The notes under the pieces: generated by a model | Told to the model about the DNA's origin: nothing | The model's input: only the letters and a program-made list of their open reading frames with translations | Databases searched by the model: none | Program-made: the position numbers and the translations under genes | In this document: positions 37,232-51,249 of the stretch, piece after piece | How the letters are laid out: every line of letters starts with the position of its first letter | Numbering within the stretch: the first letter of the stretch is position 1 | From: Leucoraja ocellata | Taxonomy: Eukaryota | Direction: 5' to 3' | Assembly (NCBI GenBank): GCA_036785375.1 | Contig: JAWMAR010000323.1 | Location: 2,108,001 to 2,172,000, forward strand | Length of the DNA: 64,000 nucleotides

Positions 37232-37580
37232 TAGAATCATAGAAACGTACAACAAAGAAAGAGGCCCTTTTAGCCCTGTTCATCCATGCAGACAATTATG
37301 TCTATCTATGCCAATCCCATTTACTTGCATTAAGCCCATATCCCTCTCTGCATTTCCTATCAAAAAACCTATCCAAGACACAAGATGCCGCAGACACTGA
37401 AATTTTGAGTTGGGACCTTTCTTCATATAAATATTACCTGTCCCATAACGTACCTGTCCAAATGCCTTTTAAACAGTGAAACTGTATCTGCCTCTACTAC
37501 CACCTCAGATAGTTTGTTCCAGATAACCACCTTCCTCTGGGCGCAGAATGTGTCCCTATGATCATTAAATTTCCCCCCTT
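37232..37580 (-). mobile_element. CR1-type LINE 3' end
   Basis: ORF 37423-37605 (WNKL.EVVVEADT..FKRHLD). Confidence 0.7.
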
Positions 37581-38941
37581 TCACCATAAACAAAGCAATA
37601 GACAAAATTCTTCAATTTTTTTTACGATGCCATCTCCACAAATGAGCAATTTTGTGACATTTTTCATGCCAAGTAATTTCAAGACAATTCACTCATCAGT
37701 TAAACATTTCCATATGTTCCACATTAGGACAAGATGGCACATACACCTGAGTGTACATGCTTGGGATTCCAAACTACCCAGTGTGATTTGGTCCCTTTCT
37801 TTGAATCTCATATTCACTGATAGGAACAATGTCACATCTGATTGTCTGAAGTCCTCACAGTGTTTTAATGTTTACTCGGTTGCACAGCTGAAGGTTTAAA
37901 TTATGAGATAGTTCAACACTTTCCCTGAAGTGAGTCCCATATTATTGAAACAACTAGGAGTAGCTCTACACACCTGTATGTGTGCATAACGTCATTTAGG
38001 AGCTTCTCAAACAATGCTGTATTTACCATCGCTGTGTTTCTGTGCTCATCAACACAGTGGATGCTCAAAGTTTTATTGTGTTTGCCAATGCTGTCACTTC
38101 ACAAGTACGTCTTCTTTGCTGATGTCAAAGTCCCTTTCCTTTGATTTATAAGCATGCTCAATTTTTCTTTGTCATCCTTGAAAGATGGCTTTGATTCTAG
38201 GCATCAATATAAAGTAAATGACTGTTTGCTTACTTGATTGGTTCAAGGGAGCACAGGAGGCAAAGACACACAAAGGGACTGAAAACATGGAGAATATGTG
38301 CTACTAATTCATTCAACTCCAACTAACTGCATATGTGCACTTACATAATACATTATGTCACATATTTACACACACTACAGATATTCCAGAGGTTTTCAAT
38401 GAAGTATTTGGAGATCACATGGAATTTAGGAGATCAATCGTGCATTTGAGCATCCAGAGCAGGGTGTAACATTGACTACAAAGTAGAGCCTCATTAATTC
38501 AGCTTGCTATCTCCAGCTGTAAGTTGAATATATGTTTCTTATAGTGAGAGTGATTTTCTCTTTGTCACCATTACTTAATACAGAGGTCTGGAAATTCCAC
38601 CCATGGAATATACAATGGATCTGTGTGGAAGTCGGTTTCCTTCAGAGAACATTAATAAGGTTTGTGGGATGGAAATACATCCCACACTATTAATGTCAAG
38701 GGAAATGAATTGGAGAAGCAGAGTTCAAGGTGCATATGCTGCTACCTAGCTGATTCAGCCGGAATGAATTTTTATCCCTTGGTTATAACATTATAACCAT
38801 AACATTGCATGTTTCTTTTTAAAAGATTGTGGAGAATCGTATTATTACAGGATTATAAAATACTCATTGTGAAAAATTTATTCGCCGCTTTGACCTCCAG
38901 TAATGAATTTCATTTTATAAAAATAAATTTCATTTTATAAA

Positions 38942-39130
38942 ACTCACGACCATACAGGCGACATGTCGCGGGGTGATGCCTGTATGGTCGTGAGTAGTGG
39001 CCCAAAGAGTCGTACCTTTTTCTGGTCGCCGCTGGATTTTCAACAATTTGAAACATTTTTGCAACCTGCTGCGACAATGATGGGTGCTGGCAAGCCGGCG
39101 AAAAAATAGTGTATGTGGGACAGGCCCTTT
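38942..39130. mobile_element. Truncated Harbinger-like MITE with internal hairpin
   Basis: Single TIR GTGGGACAGGCCCT at ~39116-39129. Inverted repeat ACTCACGACCATACAGGC / GCCTGTATGGTCGTGAGT. Confidence 0.7.
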
Positions 39131-39939
39131 AGGATCTTCTGCATGTGAAAAGCTCAGATTGTGTAACTTAAAATCTTTTTGAGAAGTCTTAGGTGTTGGC
39201 GTGAATTATTTTATACTGCTGCTTTTTTGTAGGTTGTTGCTCAGCAATGAGAAGTAAAGTTTTGCTCTGATGGCCATTATGTTCTCTTTGCTTGTCATGC
39301 TTGTTCATCTAGATTAATGAATAAGTGAGGGCCTTGCAGACTAGATCCTGAATTCCTACATGCATTATCTTCTGGCATGATTCACTGCTAACCTGAAAGA
39401 AAGGAATGAAGTAGCTGGGCAATATTTTGACAACAAGTCTTTAGGACTGCTCCAGACAGATAAGTGGATCATTAAAGATCCAAGGAGTAACTTTATATCC
39501 TTAACTTTTCTATTTCAAACAATGTTGCTGAACTATCAATATTATTAGCATGCTTAAAGGGTAGTATTTATTTGGTTGCATGGTTGGGTTAAAAGTCTAC
39601 ACTTCTCTTTCTTGAAACAATTATGCCAAGCAGTACTATCAGGGTATGGTTTCTGATTTTATTTTGCAAGTATAAACCCAGTTCTGTGCTTAATTAATCT
39701 GTCATGTCCCCTTGAAGTTACGAATTTAGCAAATCCATCTCTTTTATGCAGAGCAGAATTAGGCAAAATAGTCAGCTCTGGGAAGATACGTGAAAGTTAC
39801 CTGAAAGTTATGCCCTCTAGTCTTCAACATTTCCTCTCTGGTTCTCACTGTCTACCCTACGTATGCCTCTCATAATTTAAATACGTCCGCCAGGTCTCCC
39901 TCAATCTCTATTTTCCAGGGAAAACAAGCCAAGTTTGAT

Positions 39940-41000
39940 TCAAAATTAGCTTGGTGGAGGAAGGCAGGGAGGCATGGTGGAAGGATGTTTTACCAATTAG
40001 AAGACTGTCACCAGTGGTATACTGTAGGGACCGGCACTGGAACTCTTATTCACTTGGATGTGAATGTAGGATGTATGATTAGTTAGTTTCCGAATTACAC
40101 AAAAGTTGGTACTGTTGTAGTAGTGGGGAAGGTTAACTGAGGCTACAGTAGATATAGATCAGATAGGAAGTTGGGCAGTGCATTGGCAGGTGGAATTTAA
40201 GTGTGAGGATGCATTTTAGGAAGTCAAATGGGTATAGGAAAACTAAATGGTAAATTGGATCCAAAGTTGGTTTGGTGAAAGGAGGCAGAGGACAATAGTG
40301 GGAGAATATTTTGCTAATGGACTATACAGTAAATATACAATAAATGATCAAATGCTAACTGATATTGATGGACAGAGGGACCTTGGGGTTCTTGTTCATT
40401 GTTTACTGAAAGTGCCAATATAGGTAGATAGGGTGGTAATGAAGTTCTGGAAATGTTTGTTTTCATACGTTGGACCATAAACGTTGAGACATTATGTTAC
40501 AGCATTTCGGAACACTGGTTATATCACACATGGAGTGTTATGCACTATGCTGGTTTCAATTCCTTGCATTGAGAATGTGGTTGTGCTGGAGAGAATGCAG
40601 AGGAGGTTCACCCGGGATGTTGCCTGTAGTAGAGGACTTTAGTTATGTGAAAGATTGGACACGTTTAGCTAATTTTCTTTGGAGTGAAAGAAACTGAGAG
40701 GTGACCTGATGGAGGTATATAAAACTGTACAAAGTATACTTAGGGTAGATATATTTTTCTTATGCTTGGTGTATCAGAAACAAGACAATATAGGTTAAAG
40801 GTAGGATGAAAGGCTTTAAAATGAGATTTGATGGGAAAGTGATAGTATTAAAATACAATCACTACTTTTAAGAGATACTTATATAGGCATTTAAATAGAC
40901 ATAGCATAGAAAGAAACAAGTGTGGGCAAATAGGCTGATTGCAGAATGGTATATTATAAGATGGTTGTCATGGATGTGGTGGGCAGAAGGTCCGTTCTAG
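39940..41000 (+). mobile_element. Old CR1-type LINE fragment
   Basis: Heavily mutated but collinear with 35330-36380. Confidence 0.75.
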
Positions 41001-41002
41001 AA

Positions 41003-41533
41003 ATATAGGAACAGAAAATAGGTGCAGGAGGAGGCCATTCGCCCCTTCGAGCCATGGCTGATCGTCCCCTATCAATAACCCGTGCCTGCCTTCTCCCCAC
41101 ATCCCTTGATTCCACTGGCTCCTAGAGCTCTATCTAACTCTCTCTTAAATCCATCCATTGACTTGGCCTCCACTGCCCTCTGTGGCAGGGAATTCCATAA
41201 ATCCACAACTCTCTGGGTGAAAGCGTTTTTTCTCACCTCAGTCTTAAATGACCTCCCCTTTATTCTAAGACTGTGGCCCCTGGTTCTGGACTCGCCCAAC
41301 ATTGGGAGCATTTTTCCTGCATCTAGCTTGTCCAGTCCTTTTATAATTTTATATGTTTCTATAAGATCCCCCTCATCCTTCTAAACTCCAGTGAATACAA
41401 GCCTAGTCTTCTTAATCTTTCCTCATTTGACCGTACCGCCATCCCAGGGATCAATCTCGTGAACCTACGCTACACTGCCTCAATCACAAGGATGTCCTTC
41501 CTCACATTAGGAGACCAAAACTGTACACAATAC
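41003..41533 (-). mobile_element. CR1-type LINE 3' end
   Basis: ORF 41072-41311 (GESRTRGHSLRIKGR...WNSLPQRAVEA). Confidence 0.9.
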
Positions 41534-44494
41534 AATTCTTTAACTTGGTAACTGTAATGTTTCTACTTGCAATATTAGTGGCAAGAAACCTTTGGACCAA
41601 ATGCTCTGGCTCAGTGCTTTATGAAAACAATCCCGATGCAGTTTGCTGGTTATTGGTATGTTTGTACTGAAATTAAAGATATACGTTATCAATGAGAAAG
41701 ATATACTTGTTATCAATGACATTAGCTATCTATCCTCACTACCATCACCTCACCATTCTTCCACAACGGATCCCTACTTCATTTTACACATTGTATATTT
41801 TCCTTCATGGTTTAGTGTTGAAGATATTTGCCTCTTGACTGTATTCACCCAAAGTATTAAGGGACAAATAAGCTTTTGTCTTCATGGAGACAAGTATGAT
41901 CATTGATCCGAATGAACTAATAAAAAGAGGGCAGCTTCTTGATAGTGCATGGAAGAGGGGGCTGACATTCTCTATCATGTGTGGAATTTACATTAACGCT
42001 TGTGATTAAAGATAAGTCATGCATGGCAGTATTTTATATATGGCCTCATTAGTGCAAGATAGATATCAGCTGGAAATTGGATTTCTGCACATAGATATAT
42101 CAGGGGCTTTCAAGCATGTTTAGATCTTCCGATATGCATCTGTAATTACAGAGAGAAAATGTGCCCTTGATCTTTGCTTGACTGCTCTGCCACTTGTATA
42201 TTTTGTATTAAAAAAACACTGGATTTGCATCATTTTCTCTCTATTTAACATTAAGGCAGTATGTTTCCTTTTTAGATTGATAAAGGTTTACTGCCCATGG
42301 CAATGAAAGGAAGAGAAAGACTTCATGAAAGAGAATGAGGGGTGACTTAACAGACATATGTAAAATTCTAAGCAGCCAATTTAGAGGGTAGTTAAGAGTC
42401 ACCGTCATTGCATGTGCAGAGGGATTTCAAATGGCTATTAAACCATGGTTTTAATGTTAGTATTACACATTTTTTTCATTTTTGATCATTTGTTGGTGAA
42501 TTAAGAAGCATCTAATTAGAGAAAAGCAAAGCTCATCAACCAGCTTGTTATGCAACAGGAGTTCTTGTCGTATGTGAATTTAATGCAAATTTCTGTGTAC
42601 CCACCTGTGTGTTTTTTGAAGGATTTGTTTTAAATGCAATTGCAATGCCTGGGGATCGTTTTTAAAATAGTGAAGATTAGGGCGGGGGCTTTCAGATGGT
42701 GGAGAAAGTTCTATTATTTCCACAAGAAATGTAGTTTTGTATCTATTCCAGGCAATTGTATATAATGGGTTTCCACTGCAGACATAACGGCATTAATATG
42801 AGAAGCTATTATGGTCTCGATAAATGTTGCAGCTTCCACAGAAATTGCATTTTGTCCTCTGTCAGTTTTGTGATTTTATACTTAAATATTTGATGTTCAT
42901 CCATTATATTTTAAAATGGTGAATAGTGTGGAAAGTGATAAATGTGTACAAAGGCTGCAATTATTATTCCATTAATCAAATCATCATTGAGATCTATATT
43001 TAAATGTCCTATCAAATTATCACAGCGCTGTGATGTGAATCTTTTGAATCAGGAAAAATTATGTATAACATTTTCCATTAATCATTGTACCTTTTGGCAT
43101 GGACAGGACTCTGTTCTATTAATAGTGCTAATCATTGCCAGAAGTATGAGCCTGAAGAAATATTATTAAGAAGTCTATCAGCTGGGTGAAGATTCTGGTC
43201 TTGAGAGGTTTCTCAAATGTAGCCTCTCTATTACACCAATGAATCAGTTATAAATGCCAGGAATAAAATCTCCATTTAGCATTCATACTCTGAAGTTCCC
43301 TATTCTGTTTCTGAATGCAATTGTGTTGCAGTTGCAATCGAGTTGTCCTTTGCAGTTCAATTCCCAACTGGCTTGAGACTTTTTCTTTTGTTAGCCAGAA
43401 GTGCTAACCTTAAAATAAATCCCTGGGGTGAAATTGCTGGAGTCCTGCGAAACACTGATTGAAGAAATGCACCAACTGTCAGGTTTGGGGCAAATCAATC
43501 ACCTCAAGTTTTTCATCATTTATCTTGCAGAATGTACCTGGGTCTGCAGTTCTACTGCTCTTGAGAGCAAATTTCCCTCATGAGTTATTAGGACATTTGA
43601 ATTAATGAGCTCGGTGCTTAGGGCTGAACCGTTTATAGAAATGGGAATCGGCATGCTGTGTGTTTCAAACAATTTATGTTGTGTCACTTTTATGAATGGG
43701 TTATTATTCTTATAAACTTAACAAAATCAATGCAATGCAGGTAAATTCAGAAGTATTTGTATTAAACTCAGTGAAAGCTGTCTTGTTCATTAAATCCACG
43801 TTCATTAAATCCACTTCCGTTGGTGTTGATTTCATTACCTCTGTTACAGCATTTCAGCATGTAGTGTTATCAATGCGTTCGTGCAAATTAACAGAATATT
43901 AATTTAACTATTAGTTGCAGCCATGACAGCCTTTACAGGTGGATTCTTCTTGATAGTGCTCAACTCAAATGTCATACAAAGCTGCATTTCAAAAGGCCAG
44001 GAATTTTTTGATTTCAAATTTTCTTTTTTACAAGGAAAGGGTTGCTCCAGCAGCCATGTCTCAGTACTGGAAGTTAAACAGAGCTAAGTATGTTTGACAG
44101 CATGTACCTTGTATTGTCCTTATACCTTCATGGCCTTGGGTTTGTGCTGTAACAAGTGCATGATGGCTCCGCATACAGCTGGAAAGATAAGCCAAAGATC
44201 ATTTGTTGCAACATAACTGCAGTCCCTAAAAACTGGCTGTGGAAGGCTGAGGGAGGAAATATTTGTTTCTTAATCCAGTAGGATTAGTTTAAAAAATATG
44301 TAGTAAATTTGAATTAATTTAATTTGGGTAAATCTAAATTGTTATCATCTGGAGGATTCAGATGGACTTTCTTTAAAACAAAAAGTCCCATCACACACAG
44401 AGCTTACTTTTGCCCATTTTGTCTATTTGCAGCATTAGATTGATGTGAAGAAGGGCTTTGTTTGCTTCCATACTACTAATTAGGCTTTTGATGT

Positions 44495-44678
44495 TTACAC
44501 AAAAAAGCTGGAGAAACTCAGCGGGTGCAGCAGCATCTATGGAGCGAAGGAAATAGGCAACGTTTCGGCCCGAAACGTTGCCTATTTCCTTCGCTCCATA
44601 GATGCTGCTGCACCCGCTGAGTTTCTCCAGCTTTTTTGTGTAACCTTCGATTCTCCAGCATCTGCAGTTCCCTCTTAA
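44495..44678. mobile_element. Penelope-like fold-back insertion: perfect 74-bp arms plus tail
   Basis: Arms 44495-44568 and 44570-44643 with a 1-nt spacer. TSD AGGCTTTTGATGTT at 44482-44495 and 44679-44692. Confidence 0.93.
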
Positions 44679-45233
44679 AGGCTTTTGATGTTACTGGCTA
44701 CAGGTTTGTGTACTTTGGTATTGATTGTGGGTTTCTGCATCTGAGATTTGTGGCTCTCGAGTTACACCTTGTTCCCTTGGTATGAAGAATAGACATGTGC
44801 CACAGTAACATATTTCCAGTTGTGTGTATATGTATCTATGCATGTGAGCGTGTGCGTTTGTATGTATGTGCGCAAACATGTATACTGCAGAAGGCACTTT
44901 ATTCATTGAATCCTGGCACGGAGCAAACCTCTTAACCAGGTGAAAACTGAGTTATGCCAGGAGGAGGAATGATCCTTTGGCTCTCTGAGGCAATGTGTAT
45001 ACATCCTTGCTGCTGTTCACCTCTCCTTCCCATCCATACAACAACTCCAACCGCATACCTTAAAATTTCTTTACTGGCTGCAATTGACCTCTGGCCTTTG
45101 TGATTTTGACATGTCTATTGCTGGCCAGCTACCTCTTTCTGCCATTTTTCTCAGTTAGAGTGGAATGCAAGAATGTCTCAGACTGATGACAATGAGCCAG
45201 AGCCGATGCCAATCTACAAGTGTTTGACTCCTT

Positions 45234-45327
45234 GGTTACACAAAAAAGCTGGAGAAACTCAGCGGGTGCAGCAGCATCTATGGAGCGAAGGAAATAGGCA
45301 ACGTTTCGGGCCGAAACCCTTCCTCAG
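45234..45327 (-). mobile_element. Penelope-like 3' repeat fragment (tail-less)
   Basis: Near-identical to 6611-6704, with CCTTG on both flanks. Confidence 0.85.
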
Positions 45328-45582
45328 CCTTGTTAGGTTTAAGATCGTCCCTTTATCAGCAATGTAGTGCAACAATTGGCCTGCTTTCAACATTGTTTGA
45401 GCAGGGTGGGACAGAAACAGCTGAATGTGTCAGCTCAACTTCACAATTCCAAAGGGAACTGCAGGCAATCAGCTGTTTCCTGTAAGTTAGTCTGGTTCTT
45501 GCATACACCCTCATCAGAACAGGATATCTCAAGTGAGAAGTAACTGATAGATCTGTCAATCCACTTCGTAGATGAATTTTAC

Positions 45583-45845
45583 ATAGGTTCAAGGTGAGAG
45601 GGGGAAAAATGTAATAGAAATCTGAGGGGTAACTTTTTCACACAGGTATATGGAATGAGCTGCCAAAGGATGTAGTCAGGCAGAAATTATAACAGCATTT
45701 CAAAGCACTTGATGGGTATAATCAATAGGAAAGGTTTGGCGGGATATGGGCCAAATGCGGGCAGATGGGACTGATGTAGGTGCCCCTTGGTCAACATGGG
45801 CAAGTTGGGCCTAAAGGCCTGTTTCCTTGCTGCATGACTATGATT
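45583..45845 (+). mobile_element. CR1-type LINE 3' end
   Basis: Collinear with 36105-36385. Confidence 0.75.
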
Positions 45846-46369
45846 TGGATGTCGTTTCATTTTACTTATTTCACCTTTTTTAATGTTTCATTGCGCTTTG
45901 CTTAAATGTATTTTTTGTTCACATAGCTTTTTAATAAGGTTTACTTTAGTAATTATTTAGAGTAATTCTAATAACTTTTAAGTCTCTCCTTGTCTCGTGT
46001 GTTTGCTTGCAGGCAAATAATCTGAGGACTCTCCAGATTTAGGGTTTCAGTAAACTGCTTCCTTCAAAACCCTGGACCCCTGAGAGGTTCTCAACTATGG
46101 TGGTCTGCTCATCCTGCCTAACTAATGATAGGAAGGTTGTGACAGCTATGGGCTAAGAATCTGGGCAGGAGACTTGATCCAGCTCGATTTGTTCCCATGT
46201 TCCCACTTGAGCCTTTCCTTGGCACTTAATACATTGTTGTCAAATATTGGCTGTTGGAAAGTTAATTAATGTGTATTAGGAGAAGACACGATATCATTGG
46301 ATGCAGCTGCAAGTACTGCAGGTAGAGTGAATATGTCTTCAGTTAAACTTTCTCCACCCCCAGCTCCGT

Positions 46370-46640
46370 ATAAAACCTCCACACTACCAGATATCCGGGT
46401 TCGATCCTGACCTTGGGTGCGGAGTTTGCACATCCCCTGTGTGACTGCATGGATTTCCTCTGGGTGCTCTGAATTCATCCCACATCCCGAAGGTGTGTTT
46501 GTATGTTAATTGGCCTCTGTAAGATTGCCCCTTATATATGGGCAGTGGGATAATGCAGAACTTGTGTTGGCAGGTGATTGAAGGTTAGCATGGACTCCGT
46601 GGGCCGAAGTGCTTGTTTCCATGCGGTATCTTTAAACTCC
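46370..46640 (+). mobile_element. HE1-type SINE
   Basis: GGGTTCGATCCTGACC, GGAGTTTGCACA and tail GGGCCGAAG..TGTTTCC. Confidence 0.75.
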
Positions 46641-48231
46641 CTCCATCCATCTATGTTTAAGGTATATCTGCAACACAGTGCGACCATATCTCTCTATGAC
46701 ATAGAAGGCAATTTCATCCCATTGAGTCTATTCCAATTTACAGAGCAATCCCGTTCTCCACTTTTTTTTCCTGTAACCTATTCTCCACACATCCCCATCA
46801 ACTCGCTTCTTTCTACTGTAGCCTGAAATTCCAATTTTGGATGTATTGTTTGATTGAGGGCAATAGACAGCTGAAACATTCTAACTGTTCCAAAGCTCTC
46901 TGCGGAGATTCTTTGGAATATGCCCTTGGACTTGCTCCACTGAACTTGACAAATCAGCTGAGAAATTGGTGGAGTGAAGTGGAAACATTGCACTGATCTC
47001 TTCCTATATAGAGCTGTTTGTGCACTTAACTGCTTTGCTGAGTAATCTCTCTGTTTTCTCAAATGTCCAATGTCTGCAGTCATACAGGATACGTGATAAC
47101 ATGGCTTAAAACGCAGGATGCCATTTAGTATTTTTCCCTTGAATCTTTTATGAGGGATTGAACAATGTTGTAGTTAAGCACATTGTCCTTTCACTTCTGG
47201 GAGTTGGGTTCAAGTGAAGGCTCGAATAAGGGAATGAAATTAGTTACATGCATCCTTATGTGCAATAGTTTGGGGTACTATTACCCGAGGTCTTTGTGCT
47301 GTGCAGAGACGAAGGGACTTCTGAGGAGCTTGATGTGATGAATAACACAAAAACTGCCTACATTGGCACAACTTTGTATAAAGCTGTCATACAGAGAACC
47401 CACAAGCAAAGTGAGAGGTGGAAGTGTCACACTGCCAAAGCATGACGTGTTTTCTCTGATGCTTGGGGCTAAAGCATGTTCGTTTGACCCTGTAGATATG
47501 TGATTTGCATATTGTATGGTCGAGGTTATCACAGGGAGTGCACAATAGCAAGGCCAGGTACGCTTGAAGCATTTTTCCATTGCATTGCACTGCCTTCAGA
47601 CCTCAAAATAGGTTAATATTTCTAAAAATATTTAACAATATCTGCAACCCAAATGATTTTTATTTTGTCCAGGGATTTCCAAATGTTATTTCTAAATATG
47701 AAACCTGCTTGACTTGGCCTCCTCCTTACTTCGAACATTTTAACCTGCACTTATCAATATCATCTCTTTCTGTCCTGTGATGTCCCGAGCCACTGCTTTA
47801 ATGAGATATACGGTCAGTTCTGATGAATTGAATCAGCATCAGCAATGTTACAGACTCTGACAGAAGGTATGCCTGAGCATGTAAACTAAATATAGTTCAA
47901 CTATGGTGTAAATTAAAATAAAGTGAGACAGCGTTGCAAACTGAATTATATTCACAGAAATTCTGCCAATACTGCTTGAGGTTGTAATATTGTCCTGCCA
48001 TATTTTATTCTATTTAATTGAATTCTAAAATGGGCTGAATGGAACAAGCTGTAGCTGGCAGCTCTACACATACCTTCAAGCATTCAGCTGCTCCCAGGTA
48101 AGTTCGGCACTTGTGCTGTCCCGTTTTAAGTCTGCGAAAGTTGAGTGAAGGAGACCAATGCACCTGTCAGTTCTGGTCTGTCTATGCAGGGCCTGAGCCT
48201 GATGCTGTCATATCTGAGCATTACTGGGCCT

Positions 48232-50986
48232 ATCGGGGTGGGGTAGCTCTGTTGGTGAGGAATGAAATTCAGTCCCTTGCAAGTGGTGACATTGAAACAG
48301 GAGATGTGGAGTCAGTATGGATAGAACTAAGGAATTGTAAGGGTAAAACGACCCTACTGGGACATCTACAGGCCCCCAAACAGTAGCCTGGACATAGGGT
48401 GCAAGTTGAATCGGGAGTTAAAATTGGCATGTAGCAAAGGTAATGCTGTAGTTGTTTTGGGAGATTTCAACATGCAGGTAGACTGGGAAAATCAGGTTGG
48501 TACTGAACCCCAAGAAAGGGACTTTGTAGAGTGCCTTTGTGATGGATTCTTAGAGCAGCTTGTATTGGAGCCTACCAGGGAGAAGGCAATTCTGGATTTA
48601 GTGTTATGTAATGAACCGGATTTGATAAAGGAAATTCAAGTCAATCAAGTGAGTTTATTGTCATGTGTCCCTGATAGGACAATGAAATTCTTGCTTTGCT
48701 TCAGCACACAGAACATAGCAGGGATTTACTTGAGGTTAATGAGCCATAAGGAAGTAGTGACCATAATACGGTCAGGTTTAATCTACAATTGGAGAGGGAG
48801 AAGAGTAGATCGGAGGTGTCAGTGTTACAGTTGAATAAAGGGGACTATGGGGCAATGAGGGAGGAGCTGGCCAAAGTTGTCTGGAAGGATATCCTAGCGG
48901 TGATGTCAGTGGAACAACAATGACAGGTATTTCTAGGAATAATACAGAAGGTGCAGGATCAGTTCATTCCTAGGAGGAAGAAAGATTCCAAGGGGAGTAA
49001 GGGGCGACCATGGCTGACAAGGGATGTCGGGGACAGTATAAAAATAAAAGAGAAGAAGTACAACATAGCAAGGATGAGCGGGAGCAAGAGGATTGGGTAA
49101 TGTTTAAAGAACAACAGAAGATAACAAAAAAGACAATACAGGGAGGAAAGATAAGGTACGAAGGTAAGCTCGCGAATAATATAAAGGATAGTAAAAGCAT
49201 CTTTAGGTATATGAAGAGGAAAAAATTAGTTAAGACCAAAGTTGGATCCTTGAAGACTGAAAAAGGTGAATTTATTATGGGGAACAAGGAAATGGTAGAT
49301 GAGTTGAACAGGTACTTTGGATCTGTCTTCACTAAGGAGGACACAAACAATCTTCCTGATATAGTAGTGGCCAAAAGATCTGGGGTGACAGAAGAACTGA
49401 AGGAAATCCACATTAGGCAGGAAATTATGTTGGGTAGACTAATGGGACTGAAGGCTGATAAATCACCAGGGTCTGATGGTCAGCATCACAGGGTACTTAA
49501 GGAAGTGGCTCTAGAAATTGTAGACGCATTGGTGATAATGTTCCAATGTTCTATAGACTCAGGATCAGTTCCTTTGGATTGGAGGGTAGCTAATGTTATC
49601 CCACTTTTTAAGAAAGGTGGGAGAGAGAAAACAGGGAATTATAGACCATTTAGCCTGACATCGGTGGTGGGGAAGATGCTGGAGTCAATTATAAAAGATG
49701 AAATAGCAGCACAGGATCAGTCCGAGTCAGCATGGATTTACGAAGGGGAAATCAGGCTTGACTAATCTTCTGGATTTTTTTGAGGATGTAACTAGGAAAA
49801 TGGACAAGGGAGAGCCAGTGGATGTAGTGTACCTGGACTTTCAGAAAGCATTTGACAAAGTCCCACATAGGATATTAGTGGGCAAAATTAGGGCACATGG
49901 TATTCGGGTTAGAGTGCTGACATGGATACAAAAAATTGGTTGGCAGATAGGAAACAAAGAGTAGGGATTAACGGGTCCCTTTCAGAACGGCAGGCAGTGA
50001 CTAGTGGGGTATCGCAAGGCTTGGTGCTGGGACCGCAGCTATTTACAATATACATTAGCAAATTTGCAGATGGCACAAAGCTGGGTGGCAGTGTGAACTG
50101 TAAGGAGGATGCTATGAGAATGCAGGATGACTTGGATGGGTTGGGGGAGTGGGCAAATGCATGGCAGATGAAGTTTAATGTGGATAGATATGAGGTTATC
50201 CACTTTGGTATAAAAAAAAGGCAGATTACTATCTACATTGCGTCAAGTTGGGAAAATGGGAAGTACAACGGGATCTGGGGGTTATTTTTCATTAGTCTAT
50301 GGAAGTAAGTATGCAAGTACTGCAGGCAGTGAAGAAAGCGAATGGCATGTTGGCCTTTGTAACAAGAGGAGTCGAGTATAGGAGCAAAGTGGTCCTTCTG
50401 CAGTTGGACAGGGCCCTAGTGAGACCACACCTGGAGTATTGTGTACAGTTTTGGTCCTCTAATTTGAGGAAGGCCATTCTTGCTATTGAGGGAGTGCAGC
50501 GTAGGTTTACAAGATTAATACCCGGGATGGCGGGACTGTCATATGCTGAGAGAATGGAGCGGCTGGGCTTCTACACTCTGGAGTTTAGAAGGATGAGAGG
50601 GAATCTTATTGAAACATATAAGATTGTTAAGGGTTTGGACACGCTACAGGGAGGAAACATGTTCCCGGTGTTGGGGGAGTCCAGAACCAGGGGCCACAGT
50701 TTAAGAATAAGGTGTAAGCCATTTAGAACGGAGACGAGGAAACACTTTTTCTCACAGAGAGTTATGAGTTTGTGGAATTCTCTGCCTCAGAGGGCGATGG
50801 AGACCGGTTCTCTGGATACTTTCAAGAGAGAGCTAAATAGGGCTCTTAAAGCTAGCGGCGTTAGCGGATATGGGGATAAGGCAGGAACAGGGTACTGATT
50901 GGGGATGATCAGCCATGATCACATTGATGGCGGTGCTGGCTTGAAGGGCCGAATGGCCTACTCCTGCACCTATTGTCTATTGTCTA
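48232..50986 (+). mobile_element. CR1-type LINE ORF2, near full length (APE plus RT), multiply frameshifted
   Basis: GGVALLV, ESVWIEL, LGDFN, PTREKAILDLVL, KSPG.DG, GNYRP.SLTSVVGK, YLDFQKAFDKVPH, KFADG, RPHLEYCVQFW, and a (TATTGTC)n tail. Confidence 0.95.
48634..48720 (-). mobile_element. Rex1/Babar-like 3' tail nested in CR1
   Basis: Nearly identical to 20138-20205 (GTTTATTGTCATGTG.CCCTGATAGGACAATGAAATTCTTGCTTTGCTTCAGCACA). Confidence 0.8.
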
Positions 50987-51249
50987 ACAACCTCAGTCAG
51001 ACAACCCCTGGCACTGGAGATATGAATGGGGATTCCAGGTCATGTAGATTAGAAGGGGAAAAATAAGATAGGCTAAATTTTTAGTTACTTTCATGTTTAT
51101 TGTTTAATACTGTTCCACATTAAAATGATATAAAAACAGGTTGGATAGGTTTTAAAAAGTACATCAGAATATCAGAAATGTTAAATAAAAATCCAAAAAG
51201 CCTTGTGGGTTTTGACATGACTACTCCATCCTTGCCTCTTCGATATGCG

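Noticed and set aside
45990-46060. Strong splice-acceptor-like sites (46012, also 19531)
   Set aside because: All three downstream frames hit stop codons quickly and no coding exon is supportable.
49010-50898. Long RT ORFs as an active LINE
   Set aside because: Multiple frameshifts, stops and a nested insertion. The element is dead.
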